Source: Auanema rhodensis
Lineage: Eukaryota > Animalia > Nematoda
Assembly: GCA_964057225.1 (NCBI GenBank)
Contig: CAXKVF010000101.1
Span: forward strand, 1 to 64,000
Reading direction: 5' to 3'
Length of the DNA: 64,000 nt
Positions 23,201 to 38,193 of the stretch are shown here, one piece after another. The notes below the pieces were generated by a model. It searched no databases. It had not been told where the DNA came from and saw only the letters and a program-made list of their open reading frames with translations. The position numbers and the translations under genes were made by a program. The first letter of the stretch is position 1. Each line of letters begins with the position of its first letter.

Positions 23201-26200
23201 AGAGATGCGGTTTTCAAAATTAGATTCACCATGTCCATATTAGTCTAAAAACAAATTTTTATTGATATTGGTTCATGGTAACCATGACTTTGAAATTTAC
23301 GTGAACTTTAATTTATGCTAATTAAATGTACACGTGATGTGCACTTGGTATGTAACTCGCTTCACGTGAAAGATAAAGAGATGCGGTTTTCAAAATTAGA
23401 TTCCCCATGTCCATATTAGTCTAAAAACAAATTTTTATTGATATTGGTGCATGGTAACCATGACTTTGAAATTTACGTGAACTTTAATTTATGCTAATTA
23501 AATGTACACGTGATGTGCACTTGGTATGTAACTCGCTTCACGTGAAAGATAAAGAGATGCGGTTTTCAAAATTAGATTCCCCATGTCCATATTAGTCTAA
23601 AAACAAATTTTTATTAATATTGGTTCATGGTAACCATGACTTTGAAATTTACGTGAACTTTAATTTATGCTAATTAAATGTACACGTGATGTGCACTTGG
23701 TATGTAACTCGCTTCACGTGAAAGATAAAGAGATGCGGTTTTCAAAATTAGATTCCCCATGTCCATATTAGTCTAAAAACAAATTTTTATTGATATTGGT
23801 GCATGGTAACCATGACTTTGAAATTTACGTGAACTTTAATTTATGCTAATTAAATGTACACGTGATGTGCACTTGGTATGTAACTCGCTTCACGTGAAAG
23901 ATAAAGAGATGCGGTTTTCAAAATTAGATTCCCCATGTCCATATTAGTCTAAAAACAAATTTTTATTGATATTGGTGCATGGTAACCATGACTTTGAAAT
24001 TTACGTGAACTTTAATTTATGCTAATTAAATGTACACGTGATGTGCACTTGGTATGTAACTCGCTTCACGTGAAAGATGAAGAGATGCGGTTTTCAAAAT
24101 TAGATTCCCCATGTCCATATTAGTCTAAAAACAAATTTGTATTGATATTGGTGCATGGTAACCATGACTTTGAAATTTACGTGAACTTTAATTTATGCTA
24201 ATTAAATGTACACGTGATGTGCACTTGGTATGTAACTCGCTTCACGTGAAAGATAAAGAGATGCGGTTTTCAAAATTAGATTCCCCATGTCCATATTAGT
24301 CTAAAAACAAATTTTTATTGATATTGGTGCATGGTAACCATGACTTTGAAATTTACGTGAACTTTAATTTATGCTAATTAAATGTACACGTGATGTGCAC
24401 TTGGTATGTAACTCGCTTCACGTGAAAGATAAAGAGATGCGGTTTTCAAAATTAGATTCCCCATGTCCATATTAGTCTAAAAACAAATTTTTATTGATAT
24501 TGGTTCATGGTAACCATGACTTTGAAATTTACGTGAACTTTAATTTATGCTAATTAAATGTACACGTGATGTGCACTTGGTATGTAACTCGCTTCACGTG
24601 AAAGATAAAGAGATGCGGCTTTCAAAATTAGATTCACCATGTCCATATTAGTCTAAAAACAAATTTTTATTGATATTGGTTCATGGTAACCATGACTTTG
24701 AATTTAACGTGAACTTTAATTTATGCTAATTAAATGTACACGTGATGTGCACTTGGTATGTAACTCGCTTCACGTGAAAGATAAAGAGATGCGGTTTTCA
24801 AAATTAGATTCCCCATGTCCATATTAGTCTAAAAACAAATTTTTATTGATATTGGTGCATGGTAACCATGACTTTGAAATTTACGTGAACTTTAATTTAT
24901 GCTAATTAAATGTACACGTGATGTGCACTTGGTATGTAACTCGCTTCACGTGAAAGATAAAGAGATGCGGTTTTCAAAATTAGATTCCCCATGTCCATAT
25001 TAGTCTAAAAACAAATTTTTATTGATATTGGTGCATGGTAACCATGACTTTGAAATTTACGTGAACTTTAATTTATGCTAATTAAATGTACACGTGATGT
25101 GCACTTGGTATGTAACTCGCTTCACGTGAAAGATAAAGAGATGCGGTTTTCAAAATTAGATTCCCCATGTCCATATTAGTCTAAAAACAAATTTTTATTG
25201 ATATTGGTTCATGGTAACCATGACTTTGAAATTTACGTGAACTTTAATTTATGCTAATTAAATGTACACGTGATGTGCACTTGGTATGTAACTCGCTTCA
25301 CGTGAAAGATAAAGAGATGCGGTTTTCAAAATTAGATTCCCCATGTCCATATTAGTCTAAAAACAAATTTTTATTGATATTGGTTCATGGTAACCATGAC
25401 TTTGAAATTTACGTGAACTTTAAATTATGCTAATTAAATGTACACGTGATGTGCACTTGGTATGTAACTCGCTTCACGTGAAAGATAAAGAGATGCGGTT
25501 TTTAAAATTAGATTCCCCATGTCCATATTAGTCTAAAAACAAATTTTTATTGATATTGGTTCATGGTAACCATGACTTTGAAATTTACGTGAACTTTAAT
25601 TTATGCTAATTAAATGTACACGTGATGTGCACTTGGTATGTAACTCGCTTCACGTGAAAGATAAAGAGATGCTGTTTTCAAAATTAGATTCCCCATGTCC
25701 ATATTAGTCTAAAAACAAATTTTAATTGATATTGGTGCATGGTAACCATGACTTTGAAATTTACGTGAACTTTAATTTATGCTAATTAAATGTACACGTG
25801 ATGTGCACTTGGTATGTAACTCGCTTCACGTGAAAGATGAAGAGATGCGGTTTTCAAAATTAGATTCCCCATGTCCATATTAGTCTAAAAACAAATTTTT
25901 ATTGATATTGGTTCATGGTAACCATGACTTTGAAATTTACGTGAACTTTAATTTATGCTAATTAAATGTACACGTGATGTGCACTTGGTATGTAACTCGC
26001 TTCACGTGAAAGATAAAGAGATGCGGTTTTCAAAATTAGATTCCCCATGTCCATATTAGTCTAAAAACAAATTTTTATTGATATTGGTTCATGGTAACCA
26101 TGACTTTGAAATTTACGTGAACTTTAATTTATGCTAATTAAATGTACACGTGATGTGCACTTGGTATGTAACTCGCTTCACGTGAAAGATAAAGAGATGC

Positions 26201-29200
26201 GGTTTTCAAAATTAGATTCACCATGTCCATATTAGTCTAAAAACAAATTTTTATTGATATTGGTTCATGGTAACCATGACTTTGAATTTAACGTGAACTT
26301 TAATTTATGCTAGTTAAATGTACACGTGATGTGCACTTGGTATGTAACTCGCTTCACGTGAAAGATAAAGAGATGCGGTTTTCAAAATTAGATTCCCCAT
26401 GTCCATATTAGTCTAAAAACAAATTTTTATTGATATTGGTGCATGGTAACCATGACTTTGAAATTTACGTGAACTTTAATTTATGCTAATTAAATGTACA
26501 CGTGATGTGCACTTGGTATGTAACTCGCTTCACGTGAAAGATAAAGAGATGCGGTTTTCAAAATTAGATTCCCCATGTCCATATTAGTCTAAAAACAAAT
26601 TTTTATTGATATTGGTGCATGGTAACCATGACTTTGAAATTTACGTGAACTTTAATTTATGCTAATTAAATGTACACGTGATGTGCACTTGGTATGTAAC
26701 TCGCTTCACGTGAAAGATAAAGAGATGCGGTTTTCAAAATTAGATTCCCCATGTCCATATTAGTCTAAAAACAAATTTTTATTGATATTGGTTCATGGTA
26801 ACCATGACTTTGAAATTTACGTGAACTTTAATTTATGCTAATTAAATGTACACGTGATGTGCACTTGGTATGTAACTCGCTTCACGTGAAAGATAAAGAG
26901 ATGCGGTTTTCAAAAGTAGATTCCCCATGTCCATATTAGTCTAAAAACAAATTTTTATTGATATTGGTTCATGGTAACCATGACTTTGAAATTTACGTGA
27001 ACTTTAATTTATGCTAATTAAATGTACACGTGATGTGCACTTGGTATGTAACTCGCTTCACGTGAAAGATAAAGAGATGCGGTTTTCAAAATTAGATTCA
27101 CCATGTCCATATTAGTCTAAAAACAAATTTTTATTGATATTGGTTCATGGTAACCATGACTTTGAATTTAACGTGAACTTTAATTTATGCTAATTAAATG
27201 TACACGTGATGTGCACTTGGTATGTAACTCGCTTCACGTGAAAGATAAAGAGATGCGGTTTTCAAAATTAGATTCCCCATGTCCATATTAGTCTAAAAAC
27301 AAATTTTTATTGATATTGGTGCATGGTAACCATGACTTTGAAATTTACGTGAACTTTAATTTATGCTAATTAAATGTACACGTGATGTGCACTTGGTATG
27401 TAACTCGCTTCACGTGAAAGATAAAGAGATGCGGTTTTTAAAATTAGATTCCCCATGTCCATATTAGTCTAAAAACAAATTTTTATTGATATTGGTTCAT
27501 GGTAACCATGACTTTGAATTTTACGTGAACTTTAATTTATGCTAATTAAATGTACACGTGATGTGCACTTGGTATGTAACTCGCTTCACGTGAAAGATAA
27601 AGAGATGCGGTTTTCAAAATTAGATTCCCCATGTCCATATTAGTCTAAAAACAAATTTTTATTGATATTGGTGCATGGTAACCATGACTTTGAAATTTAC
27701 GTGAACTTTAATTTATGCTAATTAAATGTACACGTGATGTGCACTTGGTATGTAACTCGCTTCACGTGAAAGATAAAGAGATGCGGTTTTTAAAATTAGA
27801 TTCCCCATGTCCATATTAGTCTAAAAACAAATTTTTATTGATATTGGTTCATGGTAACCATGACTTTGAATTTTACGTGAACTTTAATTTATGCTAATTA
27901 AATGTACACGTGATGTGCACTTGGTATGTAACTCGCTTCACGTGAAAGATAAAGAGATGCGGTTTTCAAAATTAGATTCCCCATGTCCATATTAGTCTAA
28001 AAACAAATTTTTATTGATATTGGTGCATGGTAACCATGACTTTGAAATTTACGTGAACTTTAATTTATGCTAATTAAATGTACACGTGATGTGCACTTGG
28101 TATGTAACTCGCTTCACGTGAAAGATAAAGAGATGCGGTTTTCAAAATTAGATTCCCCATGTCCATATTAGTCTAAAAACAAATTTTTATTGATATTGGT
28201 GCATGGTAACCATGACTTTGAAATTTACGTGAACTTTAATTTATGCTAATTAAATGTACACGTGATGTGCACTTGGTATGTAACTCGCTTCACGTGAAAG
28301 ATAAAGAGATGCGGTTTTCAAAATTAGATTCCCCATGTCCATATTAGTCTAAAAACAAATTTTTATTGATATTGGTTCATGGTAACCATGACTTTGAAAT
28401 TTACGTGAACTTTAATTTATGCTAATTAAATGTACACGTGATGTGCACTTGGTATGTAACTCGCTTCACGTGAAAGATAAAGAGATGCGGTTTTCAAAAG
28501 TAGATTCCCCATGTCCATATTAGTCTAAAAACAAATTTTTATTGATATTGGTTCATGGTAACCATGACTTTGAAATTTACGTGAACTTTAATTTATGCTA
28601 ATTAAATGTACACGTGATGTGCACTTGGTATGTAACTCGCTTCACGTGAAAGATAAAGAGATGCGGTTTTCAAAATTAGATTCCCCATGTCCATATTAGT
28701 CTAAAAACAAATTTTTATTGATATTGGTGCATGGTAACCATGACTTTGAAATTTACGTGAACTTTAATTTATGCTAATTAAATGTACACGTGATGTGCAC
28801 TTGGTATGTAACTCGCTTCACGTGAAAGATAAAGAGATGCGGTTTTCAAAATTAGATTCCCCATGTCCATATTAGTCTAAAAACAAATTTTTATTGATAT
28901 TGGTGCATGGTAACCATGACTTTGAAATTTACGTGAACTTTAATTTATGCTAATTAAATGTACACGTGATGTGCACTTGGTATGTAACTCGCTTCACGTG
29001 AAAGATAAAGAGATGCGGTTTTCAAAATTAGATTCCCCATGTCCATATTAGTCTAAAAACAAATTTTTATTGATATTGGTTCATGGTAACCATGACTTTG
29101 AAATTTACGTGAACTTTAATTTATGCTAATTAAATGTACACGTGATGTGCACTTGGTATGTAACTCGCTTCACGTGAAAGATAAAGAGATGCGGTTTTCA

Positions 29201-31857
29201 AAAGTAGATTCCCCATGTCCATATTAGTCTAAAAACAAATTTTTATTGATATTGGTTCATGGTAACCATGACTTTGAAATTTACGTGAACTTTAATTTAT
29301 GCTAATTAAATGTACACGTGATGTGCACTTGGTATGTAACTCGCTTCACGTGAAAGATAAAGAGATGCGGTTTTCAAAATTAGATTCACCATGTCCATAT
29401 TAGTCTAAAAACAAATTTTTATTGATATTGGTTCATGGTAACCATGACTTTGAATTTAACGTGAACTTTAATTTATGCTAATTAAATGTACACGTGATGT
29501 GCACTTGGTATGTAACTCGCTTCACGTGAAAGATAAAGAGATGCGGTTTTCAAAATTAGATTCCCCATGTCCATATTAGTCTAAAAACAAATTTTTATTG
29601 ATATTGGTGCATGGTAACCATGACTTTGAAATTTACGTGAACTTTAATTTATGCTAATTAAATGTACACGTGATGTGCACTTGGTATGTAACTCGCTTCA
29701 CGTGAAAGATAAAGAGATGCGGTTTTTAAAATTAGATTCCCCATGTCCATATTAGTCTAAAAACAAATTTTTATTGATATTGGTTCATGGTAACCATGAC
29801 TTTGAATTTTACGTGAACTTTAATTTATGCTAATTAAATGTACACGTGATGTGCACTTGGTATGTAACTCGCTTCACGTGAAAGATAAAGAGATGCGGTT
29901 TTCAAAATTAGATTCCCCATGTCCATATTAGTCTAAAAACAAATTTTTATTGATATTGGTGCATGGTAACCATGACTTTGAAATTTACGTGAACTTTAAT
30001 TTATGCTAATTAAATGTACACGTGATGTGCACTTGGTATGTAACTCGCTTCACGTGAAAGATAAAGAGATGCGGTTTTTAAAATTAGATTCCCCATGTCC
30101 ATATTAGTCTAAAAACAAATTTTTATTGATATTGGTTCATGGTAACCATGACTTTGAATTTTACGTGAACTTTAATTTATGCTAATTAAATGTACACGTG
30201 ATGTGCACTTGGTATGTAACTCGCTTCACGTGAAAGATAAAGAGATGCGGTTTTCAAAATTAGATTCCCCATGTCCATATTAGTCTAAAAACAAATTTTT
30301 ATTGATATTGGTGCATGGTAACCATGACTTTGAAATTTACGTGAACTTTAATTTATGCTAATTAAATGTACACGTGATGTGCACTTGGTATGTAACTCGC
30401 TTCACGTGAAAGATAAAGAGATGCGGTTTTCAAAATTAGATTCCCCATGTCCATATTAGTCTAAAAACAAATTTTTATTGATATTGGTGCATGGTAACCA
30501 TGACTTTGAAATTTACGTGAACTTTAATTTATGCTAATTAAATGTACACGTGATGTGCACTTGGTATGTAACTCGCTTCACGTGAAAGATAAAGAGATGC
30601 GGTTTTCAAAATTAGATTCCCCATGTCCATATTAGTCTAAAAACAAATTTTTATTGATATTGGTTCATGGTAACCATGACTTTGAAATTTACGTGAACTT
30701 TAATTTATGCTAATTAAATGTACACGTGATGTGCACTTGGTATGTAACTCGCTTCACGTGAAAGATAAAGAGATGCGGTTTTCAAAAGTAGATTCCCCAT
30801 GTCCATATTAGTCTAAAAACAAATTTTTATTGATATTGGTTCATGGTAACCATGACTTTGAAATTTACGTGAACTTTAATTTATGCTAATTAAATGTACA
30901 CGTGATGTGCACTTGGTATGTAACTCGCTTCACGTGAAAGATAAAGAGATGCGGTTTTCAAAATTAGATTCACCATGTCCATATTAGTCTAAAAACAAAT
31001 TTTTATTGATATTGGTTCATGGTAACCATGACTTTGAATTTAACGTGAACTTTAATTTATGCTAATTAAATGTACACGTGATGTGCACTTGGTATGTAAC
31101 TCGCTTCACGTGAAAGATAAAGAGATGCGGTTTTCAAAATTAGATTCCCCATGTCCATATTAGTCTAAAAACAAATTTTTATTGATATTGGTGCATGGTA
31201 ACCATGACTTTGAAATTTACGTGAACTTTAATTTATGCTAATTAAATGTACACGTGATGTGCACTTGGTATGTAACTCGCTTCACGTGAAAGATAAAGAG
31301 ATGCGGTTTTTAAAATTAGATTCCCCATGTCCATATTAGTCTAAAAACAAATTTTTATTGATATTGGTTCATGGTAACCATGACTTTGAATTTTACGTGA
31401 ACTTTAATTTATGCTAATTAAATGTACACGTGATGTGCACTTGGTATGTAACTCGCTTCACGTGAAAGATAAAGAGATGCGGTTTTCAAAATTAGATTCC
31501 CCATGTCCATATTAGTCTAAAAACAAATTTTTATTGATATTGGTGCATGGTAACCATGACTTTGAAATTTACGTGAACTTTAATTTATGCTAATTAAATG
31601 TACACGTGATGTGCACTTGGTATGTAACTCGCTTCACGTGAAAGATAAAGAGATGCGGTTTTCAAAATTAGATTCCCCATGTCCATATTAGTCTAAAAAC
31701 AAATTTTTATTGATATTGGTGCATGGTAACCATGACTTTGAAATTTACGTGAACTTTAATTTATGCTAATTAAATGTACACGTGATGTGCACTTGGTATG
31801 TAACTCGCTTCACGTGAAAGATAAAGAGATGCGGTTTTCAAAATTAGATTCCCCATG
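20242..31857 (+). repeat. Satellite variant domain B, first block (C171A, A62T+T65A, A142G, C158T, T163G; no G38C)
   Basis: No GCTTCATGG allele seen between ~19.6 kb and ~32.2 kb; TTCACCATG followed by GAATTTAACG recurs. Confidence 0.82.
26402..31857 (+). repeat. Local 9-monomer (1584-bp) higher-order repeat with truncated 4- and 7-monomer units
   Basis: T163G at 26916, 28500, 29204 and 30788 (spacings 1584, 704, 1584). In the full units it is followed by C171A, A62T+T65A and a doubled (G40+C158T, A62T) dimer. Confidence 0.85.
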
Positions 31858-32385
31858 TCCATATTAGTCTAAAAACAAATTTTTATTGATATTGGTTCAT
31901 GGTAACCATGACTTTGAATTTTACGTGAACTTTAATTTATGCTAATTAAATGTACACGTGATGTGCACTTGGTATGTAACTCGCTTCACGTGAAAGATAA
32001 AGAGATGCGGTTTTCAAAATTAGATTCCCCATGTCCATATTAGTCTAAAAACAAATTTTTATTGATATTGGTGCATGGTAACCATGACTTTGAATTTTAC
32101 GTGAACTTTAATTTATGCTAATTAAATGTACACGTGATGTGCACTTGGTATGTAACTCGCTTCACGTGAAAGATAAAGAGATGCGGTTTTCAAAATTAGA
32201 TTCCCCATGTCCATATTAGTCTAAAAACAAATTTTTATTGATATTGCTTCATGGTAACCATGACTTTGAAATTTACGTGAACTTTAATTTATGCTAATTA
32301 AATGTACACGTGATGTGCACTTGGTATGTAACTCGCTTCACGTGAAAGATAAAGAGATGCGGTTTTCAAAATTAGATTCCCCATG

Positions 32386-35300
32386 TCCATATTAGTCTAA
32401 AAACAAATTTTTATTAATATTGGTGCATGGTAACCATGACTTTGAATTTTACGTGAACTTTAATTTATGCTAATTAAATGTACACGTGATGTGCACTTGG
32501 TATGTAACTCGCTTCACGTGAAAGATAAAGAGATGCGGTTTTCAAAATTAGATTCCCCATGTCCATATTAGTCTAAAAACAAATTTTTATTGATATTGGT
32601 TCATGGTAACCATGACTTTGAAATTTACGTGAACTTTAATTTATGCTAATTAAATGTACACGTGATGTGCACTTGGTATGTAACTCGCTTCACGTGAAAG
32701 ATAAAGAGATGCGGTTTTCAAAATTAGATTCCCCCTGTCCATATTAGTCTAAAAACAAATTTTTATTGATATTGCTTCATGGTAACCATGACTTTGAAAT
32801 TTACGTGAACTTTAATTTATGCTAATTAAATGTACACGTGATGTGCACTTGGTATGTAACTCGCTTCACGTGAAAGATAAAGAGATGCGGTTTTCAAAAT
32901 TAGATTCCCCATGTCCATATTAGTCTAAAAACAAATTTTTATTGATATTGCTTCATGGTAACCATGACTTTGAAATTTACGTGAACTTTAATTTATGCTA
33001 ATTAAATGTACACGTGATGTGCACTTGGTATGTAACTCGCTTCACGTGAAAGATAAAGAGATGCGGTTTTCAAAATTAGATTCCCCATGTCCATATTAGT
33101 CTAAAAACAAATTTTTATTGATATTGGTTCATGGTAACCATGACTTTGAACTTTACGTGAACTTTAATTTATGCTAATTAAATGTACACGTGATGTGCAC
33201 TTGGTATGTAACTCGCTTCACGTGAAAGATAAAGAGATGCGGTTTTCAAAATTAGATTCCCCATGTCCATATTAGTCTAAAAACAAATTTTTATTAATAT
33301 TGGTGCATGGTAACCATGACTTTGAATTTTACGTGAACTTTAATTTATGCTAATTAAATGTACACGTGATGTGCACTTGGTATGTAACTCGCTTCACGTG
33401 AAAGATAAAGAGATGCGGTTTTCAAAATTAGATTCCCCATGTCCATATTAGTCTAAAAACAAATTTTTATTGATATTGGTTCATGGTAACCATGCCTTTG
33501 AAATTTACGTGAACTTTAATTTATGCTAATTAAATGTACACGTGATGTGCACTTGGTATGTAACTCGCTTCACGTGAAAGATAAAGAGATGCGGTTTTCA
33601 AAATTAGATTCCCCCTGTCCATATTAGTCTAAAAACAAATTTTTATTGATATTGCTTCATGGTAACCATGACTTTGAAATTTACGTGAACTTTAATTTAT
33701 GCTAATTAAATGTACACGTGATGTGCACTTGGTATGTAACTCGCTTCACGTGAAAGATAAAGAGATGCGGTTTTCAAAATTAGATTCCCCATGTCCATAT
33801 TAGTCTAAAAACAAATTTTTATTGATATTAGTTCATGGTAACCATGACTTTGAAATTTACGTGAACTTTAATTTATGCTAATTAAATGTACACGTGATGT
33901 GCACTTGGTATGTAACTCGCTTCACGTGAAAGATAAAGAGATGCGGTTTTCAAAATTAGATTCCCCATGTCCATATTAGTCTAAAAACAAATTTTTATTG
34001 ATATTAGTTCATGGTAACCATGACTTTGAAATTTACGTGAACTTTAATTTATGCTAATTAAATGTACACGTGATGTGCACTTGGTATGTAACTCGCTTCA
34101 CGTGAAAGATAAAGAGATGCGGTTTTCAAAATTAGATTCCCCATGTCCATATTAGTCTAAAAACAAATTTTTATTGATATTGGTGCATGGTAACCATGAC
34201 TTTGAATTTTACGTGAACTTTAATTTATGCTAATTAAATGTACACGTGATGTGCACTTGGTATGTAACTCGCTTCACGTGAAAGATAAAGAGATGCGGTT
34301 TTCAAAATTAGATTCCCCATGTCCATATTAGTCTAAAAACAAATTTTTATTGATATTGCTTCATGGTAACCATGACTTTGAAATTTACGTGAACTTTAAT
34401 TTATGCTAATTAAATGTACACGTGATGTGCACTTGGTATGTAACTCGCTTCACGTGAAAGATAAAGAGATGCGGTTTTCAAAATTAGATTCCCCATGTCC
34501 ATATTAGTCTAAAAACAAATTTTTATTAATATTGGTGCATGGTAACCATGACTTTGAATTTTACGTGAACTTTAATTTATGCTAATTAAATGTACACGTG
34601 ATGTGCACTTGGTATGTAACTCGCTTCACGTGAAAGATAAAGAGATGCGGTTTTCAAAATTAGATTCCCCATGTCCATATTAGTCTAAAAACAAATTTTT
34701 ATTGATATTGGTTCATGGTAACCATGACTTTGAAATTTACGTGAACTTTAATTTATGCTAATTAAATGTACACGTGATGTGCACTTGGTATGTAACTCGC
34801 TTCACGTGAAAGATAAAGAGATGCGGTTTTCAAAATTAGATTCCCCCTGTCCATATTAGTCTAAAAACAAATTTTTATTGATATTGCTTCATGGTAACCA
34901 TGACTTTGAAATTTACGTGAACTTTAATTTATGCTAATTAAATGTACACGTGATGTGCACTTGGTATGTAACTCGCTTCACGTGAAAGATAAAGAGATGC
35001 GGTTTTCAAAATTAGATTCCCCATGTCCATATTAGTCTAAAAACAAATTTTTATTGATATTGCTTCATGGTAACCATGACTTTGAAATTTACGTGAACTT
35101 TAATTTATGCTAATTAAATGTACACGTGATGTGCACTTGGTATGTAACTCGCTTCACGTGAAAGATAAAGAGATGCGGTTTTCAAAATTAGATTCCCCAT
35201 GTCCATATTAGTCTAAAAACAAATTTTTATTGATATTGGTTCATGGTAACCATGACTTTGAACTTTACGTGAACTTTAATTTATGCTAATTAAATGTACA

Positions 35301-36609
35301 CGTGATGTGCACTTGGTATGTAACTCGCTTCACGTGAAAGATAAAGAGATGCGGTTTTCAAAATTAGATTCCCCATGTCCATATTAGTCTAAAAACAAAT
35401 TTTTATTAATATTGGTGCATGGTAACCATGACTTTGAATTTTACGTGAACTTTAATTTATGCTAATTAAATGTACACGTGATGTGCACTTGGTATGTAAC
35501 TCGCTTCACGTGAAAGATAAAGAGATGCGGTTTTCAAAATTAGATTCCCCATGTCCATATTAGTCTAAAAACAAATTTTTATTGATATTGGTTCATGGTA
35601 ACCATGCCTTTGAAATTTACGTGAACTTTAATTTATGCTAATTAAATGTACACGTGATGTGCACTTGGTATGTAACTCGCTTCACGTGAAAGATAAAGAG
35701 ATGCGGTTTTCAAAATTAGATTCCCCCTGTCCATATTAGTCTAAAAACAAATTTTTATTGATATTGCTTCATGGTAACCATGACTTTGAAATTTACGTGA
35801 ACTTTAATTTATGCTAATTAAATGTACACGTGATGTGCACTTGGTATGTAACTCGCTTCACGTGAAAGATAAAGAGATGCGGTTTTCAAAATTAGATTCC
35901 CCATGTCCATATTAGTCTAAAAACAAATTTTTATTGATATTAGTTCATGGTAACCATGACTTTGAAATTTACGTGAACTTTAATTTATGCTAATTAAATG
36001 TACACGTGATGTGCACTTGGTATGTAACTCGCTTCACGTGAAAGATAAAGAGATGCGGTTTTCAAAATTAGATTCCCCATGTCCATATTAGTCTAAAAAC
36101 AAATTTTTATTGATATTAGTTCATGGTAACCATGACTTTGAAATTTACGTGAACTTTAATTTATGCTAATTAAATGTACACGTGATGTGCACTTGGTATG
36201 TAACTCGCTTCACGTGAAAGATAAAGAGATGCGGTTTTCAAAATTAGATTCCCCATGTCCATATTAGTCTAAAAACAAATTTTTATTGATATTGGTGCAT
36301 GGTAACCATGACTTTGAATTTTACGTGAACTTTAATTTATGCTAATTAAATGTACACGTGATGTGCACTTGGTATGTAACTCGCTTCACGTGAAAGATAA
36401 AGAGATGCGGTTTTCAAAATTAGATTCCCCATGTCCATATTAGTCTAAAAACAAATTTTTATTGATATTGCTTCATGGTAACCATGACTTTGAAATTTAC
36501 GTGAACTTTAATTTATGCTAATTAAATGTACACGTGATGTGCACTTGGTATGTAACTCGCTTCACGTGAAAGATAAAGAGATGCGGTTTTCAAAATTAGA
36601 TTCCCCATG
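32386..36609 (+). repeat. Tandem duplication of a 12-monomer (2112-bp) block
   Basis: Private variant A54C at 33495 and 35607; M185-196 and M197-208 show the same allele string. Confidence 0.92.
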
Positions 36610-36785
36610 TCCATATTAGTCTAAAAACAAATTTTTATTGATATTGGTGCATGGTAACCATGACTTTGAAATTTACGTGAACTTTAATTTATGCTAATTA
36701 AATGTACACGTGATGTGCACTTGGTATGTAACTCGCTTCACGTGAAAGATAAAGAGATGCGGTTTTCAAAATTAGATTCCCCATG

Positions 36786-38193
36786 TCCATATTAGTCTAA
36801 AAACAAATTTTTATTGATATTGGTGCATGGTAACCATGACTTTGAAATTAACGTGAACTTTAATTTATGCTAATTAAATGTACACGTGATGTGCACTTGG
36901 TATGTAACTCGCTTCACGTGAAAGATAAAGAGATGCGGTTTTCAAAATTAGATTCCTCATGTCCATATTAGTCTAAAAACAAATTTTCATTGATATTGGT
37001 GCATGGTAACCATGACTTTGAAATTTACGTGAACTTTAATTTATGCTAATTAAATGTACACGTGATGTGCACTTGGTATGTAACTCGCTTCACGTGAAAG
37101 ATAAAGAGATGCGGTTTTCAAAATTAGATTCCCCATGTCCATATTAGTCTAAAAACAAATTTTTATTGATATTGCTTCATGGTAACCATGACTTTGAAAT
37201 TTACGTGAACTTTAATTTATGCTAATTAAATGTACACGTGATGTGCACTTGGTATGTAACTCGCTTCACGTGAAAGATAAAGAGATGCGGTTTTCAAAAT
37301 TAGATTCCCCATGTCCATATTAGTCTAAAAACAAATTTTTATTGATATTGGTTCATGGTAACCATGACTTTGAACTTTACGTGAACTTTAATTTATGCTA
37401 ATTAAAAGTACACGTGATGTGCACTTGGTATGTAACTCGCTTCACGTGAAAGATAAAGAGATGCGGTTTTCAAAATTAGATTCCCCATGTCCATATTAGT
37501 CTAAAAACAAATTTTTATTGATATTGGTGCATGGTAACCATGACTTTGAAATTAACGTGAACTTTAATTTATGCTAATTAAATGTACACGTGATGTGCAC
37601 TTGGTATGTAACTCGCTTCACGTGAAAGATAAAGAGATGCGGTTTTCAAAATTAGATTCCTCATGTCCATATTAGTCTAAAAACAAATTTTCATTGATAT
37701 TGGTGCATGGTAACCATGACTTTGAAATTTACGTGAACTTTAATTTATGCTAATTAAATGTACACGTGATGTGCACTTGGTATGTAACTCGCTTCACGTG
37801 AAAGATAAAGAGATGCGGTTTTCAAAATTAGATTCCCCATGTCCATATTAGTCTAAAAACAAATTTTTATTGATATTGCTTCATGGTAACCATGACTTTG
37901 AAATTTACGTGAACTTTAATTTATGCTAATTAAATGTACACGTGATGTGCACTTGGTATGTAACTCGCTTCACGTGAAAGATAAAGAGATGCGGTTTTCA
38001 AAATTAGATTCCCCATGTCCATATTAGTCTAAAAACAAATTTTTATTGATATTGGTTCATGGTAACCATGACTTTGAACTTTACGTGAACTTTAATTTAT
38101 GCTAATTAAAAGTACACGTGATGTGCACTTGGTATGTAACTCGCTTCACGTGAAAGATAAAGAGATGCGGTTTTCAAAATTAGATTCCCCATG
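36786..38193 (+). repeat. Tandem duplication of a 4-monomer (704-bp) block
   Basis: T94A at 37407 and 38111, with T65A, C172T, T27C, G38C and A62C repeated in the same order. Confidence 0.9.
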
